Shown here: positions 31,721-42,268 of the stretch, piece by piece
Layout: the number at the start of each line of letters is the position of its first letter
How positions within the stretch are numbered: the first letter of the stretch is position 1
From: an uncultured bacterium
GTDB taxonomy: Bacteria > Patescibacteriota > Minisyncoccia > Phycocordibacterales > CAIZLB01
Direction: 5' to 3'
Assembly: GCA_903933735.1 (NCBI GenBank)
Contig: CAIZLB010000006.1
Coordinates: 3,750 to 67,749, forward strand
DNA: 64,000 nt
Notes under the pieces: model-generated
Seen by the model: only the letters and a program-made list of their open reading frames with translations
The model's database searches: none
What the model was told of the DNA's origin: nothing
Made by a program: the position numbers and the translations under genes

Positions 31721-33299
31721 GGAACACTTCGGGTACTTTCTCGCTTATTACCTTTCTAGGTATGTGAGGTGTGAGTACGCGGATTTTCACTACGAAATGA
31801 TGGCAGATGTGCATGACCTGTTGGATTTGAAAATAAGAGAGATTGCATGGTTCATGTTTGGAGAAAGTGCAAAGACAAGCTTTGTAAAAGGATTGATTCT
31901 GTACATGATTGCTTACGACATAGAGCCATACATCAACGCAGATGCGTTTGATAGTACAAACTCTGAACGTATCCTGTTCGACGTTGTGTGGGAGCTTCAG
32001 ACCAATAAAAGATTTATCGAAGACTTCGGAGAGAAATACAACACCACTCGAAGTAAAGATGAGGTAACCCAAAAGAGAGTAAAAGACTTCATCACCAATC
32101 CCATGAAAGATGACGATGGAAACATTATCAAGGAAGGAATACGTGTCGAAGCACACAGTACACAGGAATCAGTCCGAGGGCGTGTGCACGGAGCGATGCG
32201 TCCAGGCTTCGTGTTGCTGGATGACTTCGAAACCAAGAAGACTCTCAAAAGCGAAGCGTCAACAAACCAGATACGTACGCACATCCAAGAATTCAAGCGA
32301 GGTCTCGACTCTGCAAGACGGAGGGTTATATACCTCGGTAACATCCTGTCTGAATACGGAAACGTGCAAAGCATCATAGAACGTGGAAAGCATGATCCAG
32401 AATTGAGAGTGCGAATCGTTCCGATTTGCCAAGGAGACCTGATCACAGGAATACACACCCCAACATGGCCTGAACGATGGGTGATGACGGATGAGGAAGC
32501 CAAAGCAACAGGAAAGGTAAGCATCGAAAGTAAGAGGCGATCAATGTGGACACCAGAAGAAGGTGATATGGACTTTCAAGCAGAAATGTTGTGCCAACCA
32601 ATAGACGAATCAAAAGCAATCTTCAAGCGTGACTGGTTCATGCCAATAAGTTGGGATGACCTTTTGCAAAAGAAACTAGCGGCTTACGTGACACTTGATA
32701 CACCGAGTCGAAAAGAAGGAGAGGTTAGCAAAGACGGAGACTACGTGGGCATTTGCATCAACTGGGTAGACAGGGAAGGCAAATGGCATCTGAAAGCATG
32801 GAGAGAAAAGCTTGGTCCAACAGCGATAATCGAGAAGATGTTCGGTCTCTACGCATTCTTACTGCAGGCAGGTACACCACCGGTGAAGTTCGGATGGGAA
32901 GATACAGCGTTCACAAGAGGTCTTGAACCAATGCTAAGGCATGAGCAAAGAATGAGACAGATATTCCTACCACTCATGTGGCTCAAACATGCAGGAAGGT
33001 CGAAAGAGGATCGAATAAGAACAGGATTGCTGTACAGATACGAAACAAGAAGTGTCTATCACCTCAAGGGGGAATGCAAAGACTTGGAAAACGAGCTGAT
33101 GCGCTTTCCTGATGCAGACCATGACGATACGAGCGATGCAACAGCGTATCAAAGCGATATTGCACGTCCTGCGGGAATCGATAAGCCAAGAGATGCAAGA
33201 CCAGAGCCGATGATAGATACGGCATATGGCAAGGTAAAACCTGCATATGAAGATGAATTCTACGATGAAAGCCCTCAATACCCAGACATTGGGATATAG
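31596..33299 (+). CDS. terminase large subunit (start uncertain; possibly Met at 31671)
   Basis: Deviant Walker A FGESAKTS, Walker B-like GFVLLDDFE, C-terminal RNase-H-like nuclease acidic residues (VTLDTP...DADHDDTSDA). Confidence 0.6.
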   Translation: MNQYSNENMQNQIPKTIIPPVTEHGMKTLRESRKEVRTKHTKEHFGYFLAYYLSRYVRCEYADFHYEMMADVHDLLDLKIREIAWFMFGESAKTSFVKGLILYMIAYDIEPYINADAFDSTNSERILFDVVWELQTNKRFIEDFGEKYNTTRSKDEVTQKRVKDFITNPMKDDDGNIIKEGIRVEAHSTQESVRGRVHGAMRPGFVLLDDFETKKTLKSEASTNQIRTHIQEFKRGLDSARRRVIYLGNILSEYGNVQSIIERGKHDPELRVRIVPICQGDLITGIHTPTWPERWVMTDEEAKATGKVSIESKRRSMWTPEEGDMDFQAEMLCQPIDESKAIFKRDWFMPISWDDLLQKKLAAYVTLDTPSRKEGEVSKDGDYVGICINWVDREGKWHLKAWREKLGPTAIIEKMFGLYAFLLQAGTPPVKFGWEDTAFTRGLEPMLRHEQRMRQIFLPLMWLKHAGRSKEDRIRTGLLYRYETRSVYHLKGECKDLENELMRFPDADHDDTSDATAYQSDIARPAGIDKPRDARPEPMIDTAYGKVKPAYEDEFYDESPQYPDIGI

Positions 33300-33353
33300 A
33301 GAGAAAGTAATACACCAAAAAATGCGTTTTATTACACGCATACTGAAAACACT

Positions 33354-35369
33354 ATGGCATTAGCCCACTACAAGAAACGAGATGAACTGGCAAAGCAAGC
33401 TCTCAAGGAGATAGATTTTTCATATCGGTATAAGAAAGCTCGAATGACTTCGTGGAATAAGAACGAGGATATGATGAACCCTGACAAGTCCAGTCCATCA
33501 GTCATCTCACCTTACGGAGGATCAACCAATCAGGCAGACACGAGAGCTCAAGTGCCTTTGTACAAGATGCATGGATATGTGCACACAATCCTCTCGAAGA
33601 TCGATAGTCCACTCACATTCAAGTACACCAAAGGTGAAACTGCAGATTTGAAGAAGTCCAAGCTGATGAACTCAATCAAGGATAAAGATGCGAAGATTGG
33701 ACGTTGGAATTTCAAAGACTTAATGGGTAAACGAGACGCAGCAATTTATGGTCGTGCGATTTATCTTTACATGACTCGAAACGATAAGGGTCAGTATCGA
33801 AGCCTTCTCAACCTTATCGATCCTAAAGACTTTCTGATTGATCCAGATGTGGGAGGTTTATGCACCGAAGAAGAAGACGGAAGTGGGGTGGAGAAGGCTG
33901 CATACCTCGGATGGTGGAATACCAAACTCACACGAGCTCAGATCACAAAAGGAATTAAAGATGGAATTTACTACAAGAAAGTTGCTGAAGAATTGATTGC
34001 TGGTGGTACGAATACGAAAGCAACAACCAATCAAGATAACGATAAGGACAACAGAAAGCCTTCAGGTGCTCCCCGTGAGCGATACAAGAACGAGAACCAA
34101 TTTATTTTTTATACATGGATAACCACAGACGAGAATGATGACCGATACTATCTCGTGCTGACACCTTCAGGAGACTGTATCAGGTGTGAGCCTTGGAAGG
34201 ATATTCGAAGAAGTGGAAAGTATCCGATATGGACATGGGCAGCGTTTCCAGACCCTCGAGAGTTCTGGACTCCATCGTATTGCGACTTTGCACGAGGAAT
34301 ATTCCAAGCTCAGGAAAAGAGTATCAATCAGTCTCTCGATAACTCAGAACAGATCAACAGACCTCAGACAGCAGTCAACGTTGACTATGTCCGCAACTTA
34401 GCGCAGGTTCGTTATAGAAAAGACGGTTACATTGAAATTGAAGGAAACGTAGACGTGAACCGAGTGCTCCAGACACGACAGACTCCACCGATTGAAGGTC
34501 CATTCAAGGTGTACGACAAACTCGAGTCCATCGTCGAATCAGAAAGCGGAGTAACAGCTGACGTGAAAGGTACGAGCGATGAAGACACTCTCGGGATTTA
34601 CGAAGGTAACCTCATGCAGGCAGGAGATCGATTCGGACTCCTAAACAAAAGCTATGCTGAAGGCTACTACCGATTTGCAGTACTTCACAAAGAAGGTGTG
34701 ATGCAAGATTTGAAAAAGAAGATGGCAGTCCAGATACTTGGTCCGATGGGACTTGAGATAGAGATGGTAAGTGCTCGAGACCTGAAACCTTATCAGAATG
34801 ACTACGACATCCTCGTAGAATCAAGTCTGGCTGAAGCTCAAAGTAATCTTGCAGACAGCAAGAACAAACTCACGTTCCTTGGAGCTTACAAAGGCGATCA
34901 GACAATCAACCAAAAAGTATTGTTCGAAACCCAAGCAACGATTGCGGGAGTAGATGACGACACAATCAAGAGACTCCTTGATACAAGTGATTACAACGCA
35001 ATCGAAGTCGTAGCTCAAGCAGACGAAGCATTCCAGATAATTCTAGGTGGCGAGACTCCTCCACTTTACAAGGATGCAAACACAGCGTTCCTACAGAGAC
35101 TCCATGACCTGTCTGACAAATACGATCACGAATTGAGTTCTGAACAACATGCGGCAGTATTCTCCTACATCGACAACATAACACCGATTGTAGAGAGGAA
35201 CGCTGCTCGCTCGGTAGTTGCCGAGTCTGCAAAGGCAGGACTTATCAGCGGAGGGGGTCGGATGGTCGATGGAGCCGAACTTAAAGATGCTGAACTTGCT
35301 GCAGGAGAATCAATCCCACCAGGTGACCCAGGTGCGGAGGCAGCTGCAACCGCAGCATTATCAAAATAA
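33354..35369 (+). CDS. putative portal protein
   Basis: 671 aa, directly downstream of terminase; size and position typical. Confidence 0.4.
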   Translation: MALAHYKKRDELAKQALKEIDFSYRYKKARMTSWNKNEDMMNPDKSSPSVISPYGGSTNQADTRAQVPLYKMHGYVHTILSKIDSPLTFKYTKGETADLKKSKLMNSIKDKDAKIGRWNFKDLMGKRDAAIYGRAIYLYMTRNDKGQYRSLLNLIDPKDFLIDPDVGGLCTEEEDGSGVEKAAYLGWWNTKLTRAQITKGIKDGIYYKKVAEELIAGGTNTKATTNQDNDKDNRKPSGAPRERYKNENQFIFYTWITTDENDDRYYLVLTPSGDCIRCEPWKDIRRSGKYPIWTWAAFPDPREFWTPSYCDFARGIFQAQEKSINQSLDNSEQINRPQTAVNVDYVRNLAQVRYRKDGYIEIEGNVDVNRVLQTRQTPPIEGPFKVYDKLESIVESESGVTADVKGTSDEDTLGIYEGNLMQAGDRFGLLNKSYAEGYYRFAVLHKEGVMQDLKKKMAVQILGPMGLEIEMVSARDLKPYQNDYDILVESSLAEAQSNLADSKNKLTFLGAYKGDQTINQKVLFETQATIAGVDDDTIKRLLDTSDYNAIEVVAQADEAFQIILGGETPPLYKDANTAFLQRLHDLSDKYDHELSSEQHAAVFSYIDNITPIVERNAARSVVAESAKAGLISGGGRMVDGAELKDAELAAGESIPPGDPGAEAAATAALSK

Positions 35370-35390
35370 TAATTAAACTAAATCAAATTT

Positions 35391-35732
35391 ATGACTGAAT
35401 CAAACAATGTAAAATTCGTAGAAGCTGAAGGCAAATGGCTATGGAAGCGATACGACGAAAACGGATCGGTAATTTACCGAAGCCCATTATTTAATACCGA
35501 GCGTGAAGCTCGAGAGGACTACGATATCAACGGACGCAAGCAGAATGATGCGGATGAGACTAACCAGGAAGCAAAAGATATTCAGGTCGAGAATACTGCC
35601 CCTGACCGTGGTATCACTGGAGATACTACGATAAATCATCCTGAAGACGAAAACACAGCAGGAACTGCGACACTCGACGAAGGTCAGGAGCGTCAAAACG
35701 AAGATAACGGCGTAGGCCAAGCAACAATCTAA
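35391..35732 (+). CDS. hypothetical acidic protein
   Basis: 113-aa ORF. Confidence 0.3.
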   Translation: MTESNNVKFVEAEGKWLWKRYDENGSVIYRSPLFNTEREAREDYDINGRKQNDADETNQEAKDIQVENTAPDRGITGDTTINHPEDENTAGTATLDEGQERQNEDNGVGQATI

Positions 35733-36106
35733 TGCTGAAATTTAATTATCAGATCAAGAAGAAGGCGAAGGATAAGGGAGACTACCGAATCACCAAGCAT
35801 GGCCAGATGGCAGAGTTTTCATTGCGTGAGCTGAACCGGAACATCGAACAGATCCGAAAGCAGGCAAAAGAAATGGAAGCGAATGCAAAGCTCCAAGAAG
35901 CACTCGCAGATAATATCCGTAGAGCCAATCCTGACCTCATGGCATACATGAAGAAGCTGACACCCAAGAAGCGTCATGCACTCATCATGCTCGCAATCCA
36001 AGAAAACAAAGCGAGACAGTTCAAGGATCAGGAGAAAGAAGCCAAGAGCATCCTTCGCACGATTACTAATGAGGACAAAGAAGTCCGTAAACAACTAAAG
36101 CTATGA
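35732..36106 (+). CDS. hypothetical coiled-coil protein
   Basis: 124-aa ORF, charged/helical. Confidence 0.3.
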   Translation: MLKFNYQIKKKAKDKGDYRITKHGQMAEFSLRELNRNIEQIRKQAKEMEANAKLQEALADNIRRANPDLMAYMKKLTPKKRHALIMLAIQENKARQFKDQEKEAKSILRTITNEDKEVRKQLKL

Positions 36107-36498
36107 GCGAAACACCAGAAGAAAAACCAGCAGTGCTAACTGGTCCGCATAATGCACAAGTTGAAGCAATCGCCGAACAGAAGGAAGTGGATGAGGCAGA
36201 GGTAAAGGAACTCAATCAAGCTATCGATGTGGCGAGTGACATTCTGTCATGGTCCAAAACTCCTGCAGGGAAGGATACAATCGAAAGACTCCAAAACGAA
36301 TCACGGAAAGCGATGAATGAGCTGTTCGCTGTTCTACATGACAGCCCCGAGCTCGGGAAGCTCATCTCCGTGGTCGCAAGGTTTGAAGCGTCAGTGCAGA
36401 TGTTGAGACGATTTATAGGTGCCAATGAAGACCTCGACACACTTCTCAATGAGCTTGCAAGGAAGCGACCAAGCGCAGCGTCTGAAACAGTAAAGTAA
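36103..36498 (+). CDS. hypothetical protein
   Basis: 131-aa ORF. Confidence 0.3.
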   Translation: MSETPEEKPAVLTGPHNAQVEAIAEQKEVDEAEVKELNQAIDVASDILSWSKTPAGKDTIERLQNESRKAMNELFAVLHDSPELGKLISVVARFEASVQMLRRFIGANEDLDTLLNELARKRPSAASETVK

Positions 36499-36662
36499 AG
36501 AATTTATCAAGAAAAGATAAAGAAATTATAAAGATAAAACCACTGGTAAGCCGGTGGTTTTTCTTGTTCAAAAGTAATGCACCATTTTTTGCTTTCTGAT
36601 GCCATCAAACTAATAAGCATAGAGGGGCCAACCTCTTATTAATAAAAAGGTTAATTGCGCTA

Positions 36663-37574
36663 GTGCTCAGCGTTTCAAAGAGGAGCATCGATGGGGCGAA
36701 ACCATCGAAATATAAAACGTATATGCCAAAACCACACAACACGGAAGCAGCTCCCGAGGATGAAAAGTCCAAAGCTGCAGGGGAATCACAGCCAGCCGAT
36801 AAGGGTGGCAAGAAAGATTCAGACAACCCTTCAAATGGTCAATCGATTGCACAAGTTGCAGGAGCAGAAAACGGTTCAAAGGGAAGCAAGCCTGCAGAAG
36901 GCGATGAGAAAGAAAGTCTCATAGTCGACCTGAAGAAAGAGAATCGTGAAATGAAAAAGATGATACGTGACGAGGTCATCCCTACCATTCGTGATTTGCA
37001 ACAGCAGATCAAGAAAGGTGGTACAACCGCCGATGACGCCTTAGACGAACTCGACGAACTCGCCAAAGAGTGGGAATTGCAGCCGAAGTTTGTACAGAAG
37101 CTTGCAAACATTCTCCTCACAAAGTCCAAGAAGCAATTCGAAGACGAGTACCTTTCAGATATCAAAGACATTAAGAAAAAGACTGAAGATCAATCAAAGG
37201 AGATCTCTAACGCTCAGATTACCGGAGCAATCTCGAAAGAGTTTGACCGAGTCATTGCTGATAACCCAGATCTTGCCAAGGTTGCCAAAAAAGAAGCCGT
37301 GAAGAAATACATCATGTCGAGCGAGGAAAACCTCAGTCGAACGATGGAAGACATTCTCGAGGAACTCTATGGCAATTCTGAAAAGCCAGAACCAGGCATG
37401 GAAGGCTACAGCTCTCAGGGGAACAACCATCAGAAGGAGCCAGACTACAAGACTCCAAGCGAAGATGATCACAAGCGTATCGCTCAGTCTCGTGAAAAAG
37501 GGGGTCAGGAATTCGAAAAGTACCAGGAAGGTCTTATCGATCGATTGACTCACCGATCACGACATCGAAAGTAA
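36663..37574 (+). CDS. putative scaffolding protein
   Basis: K/E-rich coiled-coil protein immediately upstream of capsid candidate. Confidence 0.35.
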   Translation: MLSVSKRSIDGAKPSKYKTYMPKPHNTEAAPEDEKSKAAGESQPADKGGKKDSDNPSNGQSIAQVAGAENGSKGSKPAEGDEKESLIVDLKKENREMKKMIRDEVIPTIRDLQQQIKKGGTTADDALDELDELAKEWELQPKFVQKLANILLTKSKKQFEDEYLSDIKDIKKKTEDQSKEISNAQITGAISKEFDRVIADNPDLAKVAKKEAVKKYIMSSEENLSRTMEDILEELYGNSEKPEPGMEGYSSQGNNHQKEPDYKTPSEDDHKRIAQSREKGGQEFEKYQEGLIDRLTHRSRHRK

Positions 37575-37618
37575 TTGATTCTGGAAGGGTAAATTTATTC
37601 ATCTAATTTTATCCAACC

Positions 37619-38821
37619 ATGTTAGTACAATTCAAAGAACAGTTCGATAACGCATATCAAGCGGTATTCGACAAAGTGCTCGTGGCTATGGAGATCGCCA
37701 ACACACGTCTCGAGAAGAAACTCGAGTATGGAGCCTCAGTAAAACGTGTGAAGTATTCTCTCGCACCAATCCGCGTGCGTAACATCACAATCGGTGTAAA
37801 CCGAACCATTGACCAGCTCAATGACTCTGGTGAGACCTTGCTCGTTAACAAGAACAAGGGTGCGGACTTCCGTGTCTCAAAGAAAGAAATGATTCAGGCT
37901 GGCCCACTGAATCCGGCAGAGACAATCGGTGCCGAGGTAGCCAAGAAGCTGTCTCGTTACATCGATGCCGATGTGTTCGCTCAGGTAAAGAATGCTCTTC
38001 AGACATTCGATACAGGAGACTTGACCACAATGAGCTCGAATGGAACGGCGATCGCTCTTTCCACTACAAACATTCCTCAGCTTTTGGCTCAGGGACGTGC
38101 GAAACTTCGAAAGGCAAACCAAGACCTCACCAGTCTTGCACTTGTCCTCGACAGTTATGGTGGATCAATCATTGAACAGTACGTCATGTCTAAAAACATT
38201 GACCTTGCTGCTGCAGCCTTCAAGAACGGTTATGCCGGTCCTGTCGGTGGTGCGGAGCTTTACCTCTCCGAGAACCTTCTCGCAGAAGCTGTCATCACAA
38301 TGTCAGCAAACCCAACAGCCGGTCAGACATTCTCAATCAATGGATTCGTGTACACCTTCGTGGCAGCCATTGGTTCTACACCAGGTAACGTGCTCCTTGA
38401 AGCGGGTGTTGATGCGACTCGAGACAACCTCATCGATGCGATTCACCAGACAACTGGTACTGCAGGAGTGAAGTATGTCGCATGGACTGATGTTGATCCT
38501 GGTTATGACCAGTCAAACTGGGTCGACTTGCAGCTTGCTGCAGTCGATAACGATGGTGCAGATACCATCACTATTACCGGAACTGGTTCAGGTCGACTTG
38601 TATTCGGCGGAAACGCTACATATACGGTAACCAAGAACCTCGTCCACGCTTACTACGGTAAGAAAGGTGCAATCGACGTGGTCATCCAAGACCTTGCCGA
38701 AATGGAAATGGTGGACGATCCATATCAGCGAGCAAAGATCATCCGAGCAGATGCAATCTACGGAATCTTTACATTCGCAGACGGAAAGCCACAGTTCCTC
38801 GACGTTCTTCTTCAGTCTTAA
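37619..38821 (+). CDS. putative major capsid protein
   Basis: 400 aa, follows scaffold candidate; synteny only. Confidence 0.4.
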   Translation: MLVQFKEQFDNAYQAVFDKVLVAMEIANTRLEKKLEYGASVKRVKYSLAPIRVRNITIGVNRTIDQLNDSGETLLVNKNKGADFRVSKKEMIQAGPLNPAETIGAEVAKKLSRYIDADVFAQVKNALQTFDTGDLTTMSSNGTAIALSTTNIPQLLAQGRAKLRKANQDLTSLALVLDSYGGSIIEQYVMSKNIDLAAAAFKNGYAGPVGGAELYLSENLLAEAVITMSANPTAGQTFSINGFVYTFVAAIGSTPGNVLLEAGVDATRDNLIDAIHQTTGTAGVKYVAWTDVDPGYDQSNWVDLQLAAVDNDGADTITITGTGSGRLVFGGNATYTVTKNLVHAYYGKKGAIDVVIQDLAEMEMVDDPYQRAKIIRADAIYGIFTFADGKPQFLDVLLQS

Positions 38822-38906
38822 CAGACTCACTGACCCGAGTTCGCTCGGGCTCAGTGCCAGGGTCAAGCTTAGCCTTGTCTCTGGCACTGAGAAATAAAAA
38901 ACAATT

Positions 38907-39536
38907 ATGGCAACACCACTTACAGGACAACAAATCATAGACCGATTCGAACTCTACACAGACGATACAACCGATCTGTCGAGTGATGAGGAACTTATAC
39001 TCGCAAACGACAAGTTGCGACTCGTTTACATGGAACAGCCGTGGGAGTTTCTACGCAGAAAGAAAGCAGGAGTGATTGAGAGTGATGGGAAGATAACTCT
39101 TCCATCCGACTTCGATGAATTTCTTGAGAACTTCAGCGATGATGCTGCATATGGGGAACCAGTAATGAAGGTTGTGTACATGGGCAGTCAAAAGGCGCCG
39201 TACTTGGTAGTTCCAATGGGGCAGAGAAATGCAAATAGCTTCAGCAATGTGTGCTGGATTGATCCATCAGATGGAAAGATTAACTTTGCACAAAGCCCAG
39301 GTGTAGGTGCGTCTTACGAATACGACTACAAGACAAGTCCTGATGACATCACAGTATCAACATCTCCAAAGCTCCCAGCCGAATATCATCCAATGATTGT
39401 TTTTTCAATGCTTATCGATGAAGACATTATCAAGAAGTCCGAAAAGGCGAGAAGTAACATGCAGGATAACGCTGTGCAATACCAACGCTATCTCAAAAAC
39501 CTTAAGTTGCGTGATGCACGCTTTAAACTCGCATAA
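38907..39536 (+). CDS. hypothetical virion protein
   Basis: Synteny in morphogenesis module. Confidence 0.3.
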   Translation: MATPLTGQQIIDRFELYTDDTTDLSSDEELILANDKLRLVYMEQPWEFLRRKKAGVIESDGKITLPSDFDEFLENFSDDAAYGEPVMKVVYMGSQKAPYLVVPMGQRNANSFSNVCWIDPSDGKINFAQSPGVGASYEYDYKTSPDDITVSTSPKLPAEYHPMIVFSMLIDEDIIKKSEKARSNMQDNAVQYQRYLKNLKLRDARFKLA

Positions 39537-39539
39537 ATT

Positions 39540-41441
39540 ATGGCTGACCATGAAATCAAAAAATTTGCAGCAGGGGTCCATAACCGAGAGGACAACGAGG
39601 ATACGCCCAAAGACAGCGCAAAAGATTCTTTGAATTGGATTACTATTGATGGACGAATAGAACTAGCTCGAGGAAAAGTAACGGTGGGAGATGAAGGATC
39701 AGCAGGAACGTGTCCTGCAATCCATATTGGATACAAAGCAAACGGTTCAGCAATTCTCTGGAGAAAAGTAGCAACAGCAATCCAGTATTTCAATGGACTG
39801 ACATGGGTAAGTGTTGTCACAGGGCTCAATCCAAACGACTTATATGTCTTCACGAATTACAGCTCTCTCACAGGTGCGTGGACATTTGCAGGCGGCCCCG
39901 GTGGACTTTTCAAGTTTGCGAACGCAAATCCTAACGATTACATCCAACTATATACGACTACAGACTTTTTCTGTGGTTTCCCACTGATCGACAAAGCGAG
40001 GATGTATCTCTGGGGAATTATAAAAGATACAACGGCTCTTTATCGAAGTTATATCGACGTTCAGCGTGATGGAGTGAGCTTCACTCAAATATCCAATGAA
40101 AATATTGCAAGTGGAAACGGATCACAGATCACATTCTCCGGAGTTTTGGCATTTAAACCTGGACAACCAAAAAGAAATTGCGCACTAGTTACCATAAGAT
40201 GCATAGATGGGGGCGGTGAGCTATTTACAGACGATAAGAATGGAAACCTAAAAGGAAATGCAGGAGGTGTCGGAACCATTAATTACATCACAGGTGCATG
40301 GATGGTGACTTTTGTGACAGTACCTTCAGCATCGGCAAACAACATCCAAGCTACATACATCTGGGAAAACAGCACAAGCAAAGGAGTTGCTGATTTTACA
40401 TACAGTGCGTCTCGTCTTGCAGGTGAAGGTGATGTGATTCGACAGGATGAAGGAGGTGATGCAATCCAACAACTCGTGATTGGTATCGACGGAAACTACT
40501 ACTCGCTTAAAAAACAGAGCGCATATCAGCACAAATATACGGATGACGATAAAACATTTAATAACCAAGTAGTCCGAAGAAACATCGGAGTTCTTACACG
40601 AAAAAGTGTAGTCACCACAGGGCGTGGTGTGGTATTCATCAACACGGCAAATCCTGACCGTCCACAACTCACTGTTCTCGAAAAGAATCCACTCGGCGAT
40701 GATATTCTTGCAACAGAACTCATTCCACATTTTGCATGGGAAAAGTTTGATTACTCAGATGCAGTCATGGAAACATACGGACAATTTATCGTCCTTTCTT
40801 GCCGAGCCCTAAACAGTATCGTAAACGATCGTACTCTCATCATCGACATCGTAAAGAATACTGTAGACATTTCCAATTACGGAATGAAAGCACTCGCAAA
40901 AGACTCGGGTGTGCTCTATGGAGGAAGTCCTCACACTCAAACAGTTTATAAGATCCTGAATGGCTTTGATGATGACAGCTATGTCATTCAAAACAACTGG
41001 GATAGCAAATACGAAACCTACGGCGTCAGAAGGCTAAAGAAATATCGTCGCTTGCGATATCGAGGTGAAATAGACCCTGCTCAGTATGTGGAAGTGTACG
41101 CCGATTTTGATGGAGCAGGATATTCACTGGTTGGAACTATTCGTGGAGATGCGACATATGTTAACCGAACCAGTCCATCAAGTGTCGGTACAACAATGGT
41201 TGGAGAGGCGGCAATTGGTGGGGATGGAGAGACAAAAGTCTACCCTTTTGAAATGCAGATAAAAGCCATGAAGATACCGAAGTTCAGGCGCAGAAGTATC
41301 AGGTTCGTGGCAAAGGGTATCGGATACGTGAGCATTATGGAATCAGTAGACTGGGACATTTTGACCTACGAAGACAAGCTACCGAAGGTTTATAGGCAAA
41401 AACAGCACGTCAGTCTTGATGGCGAACATGTGAACCAGTAA
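39540..41441 (+). CDS. hypothetical large structural protein
   Basis: 633 aa, beta-rich. Confidence 0.3.
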   Translation: MADHEIKKFAAGVHNREDNEDTPKDSAKDSLNWITIDGRIELARGKVTVGDEGSAGTCPAIHIGYKANGSAILWRKVATAIQYFNGLTWVSVVTGLNPNDLYVFTNYSSLTGAWTFAGGPGGLFKFANANPNDYIQLYTTTDFFCGFPLIDKARMYLWGIIKDTTALYRSYIDVQRDGVSFTQISNENIASGNGSQITFSGVLAFKPGQPKRNCALVTIRCIDGGGELFTDDKNGNLKGNAGGVGTINYITGAWMVTFVTVPSASANNIQATYIWENSTSKGVADFTYSASRLAGEGDVIRQDEGGDAIQQLVIGIDGNYYSLKKQSAYQHKYTDDDKTFNNQVVRRNIGVLTRKSVVTTGRGVVFINTANPDRPQLTVLEKNPLGDDILATELIPHFAWEKFDYSDAVMETYGQFIVLSCRALNSIVNDRTLIIDIVKNTVDISNYGMKALAKDSGVLYGGSPHTQTVYKILNGFDDDSYVIQNNWDSKYETYGVRRLKKYRRLRYRGEIDPAQYVEVYADFDGAGYSLVGTIRGDATYVNRTSPSSVGTTMVGEAAIGGDGETKVYPFEMQIKAMKIPKFRRRSIRFVAKGIGYVSIMESVDWDILTYEDKLPKVYRQKQHVSLDGEHVNQ

Positions 41442-41481
41442 TGCACCATGTTTTGCACTTTTTTGAATACATACTTTCAAC

Positions 41482-42258
41482 ATGGCATCAAAACTCACAA
41501 AAGTCGTCGCAAACTTCGAGACATCACTCGCAACTAAACTCGGAAACGGTGCCGTTTCAGGTGCTTTGACTAGCGTAATTGATAAGAACGGCGTAGCACT
41601 TCCCGATGCAAAGTACTGCATGATCGTTGATCGAGGAACCGGAGATGAAGAACATCTACTCTTCGACCTTACCGGGAATGCGATAGCAAATATTATCAGC
41701 ATTTCACGACAAGGAGCTCAGACACCAGGAGTGCAAAATCTAAATGGGCATCGTGCGGGAGCAAAGTGTTATCTTACCGACTTCGTTAATTTGAAAATTA
41801 TCGTCGATATGTTGAACGGTGATGAGCCGTTCAACGGATCAAAACCTCTTAAATACGATTCAGCGCCCGCACTTAGTGATCCTCGTCATATTCCCGATAA
41901 GGAATATACGGATTCGGCACTCGCAGGAAAAGCCGAGCTTGATGGCAATAATGTCTTCACTGGAGAAAACTCCTTTACTCAATCACCGAGTATTCCAAAT
42001 GCTGCGACATCAAATCAGCCGGTCACATTGTCACAACTTATGGTCGCGGCACTCGTGGGAATTCCTGCAGGTTTTGAAAACGTGGACATTGTCAGGAATC
42101 AAGACGGATGCGTTCGATCCATTCATGACAACGTGAACGGAAAAACATATGTCATGGAGTACGACCCAAATGGATATGTACAAGCCATTTATGACGGATC
42201 GACAAAGACAAAAATAACCAGTGTCGACGGCCGACTTATTAGCAAAGTAACAAATTAA
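41482..42258 (+). CDS. hypothetical structural protein
   Basis: 258-aa ORF. Confidence 0.3.
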   Translation: MASKLTKVVANFETSLATKLGNGAVSGALTSVIDKNGVALPDAKYCMIVDRGTGDEEHLLFDLTGNAIANIISISRQGAQTPGVQNLNGHRAGAKCYLTDFVNLKIIVDMLNGDEPFNGSKPLKYDSAPALSDPRHIPDKEYTDSALAGKAELDGNNVFTGENSFTQSPSIPNAATSNQPVTLSQLMVAALVGIPAGFENVDIVRNQDGCVRSIHDNVNGKTYVMEYDPNGYVQAIYDGSTKTKITSVDGRLISKVTN

Positions 42259-42268
42259 AAATAAATTT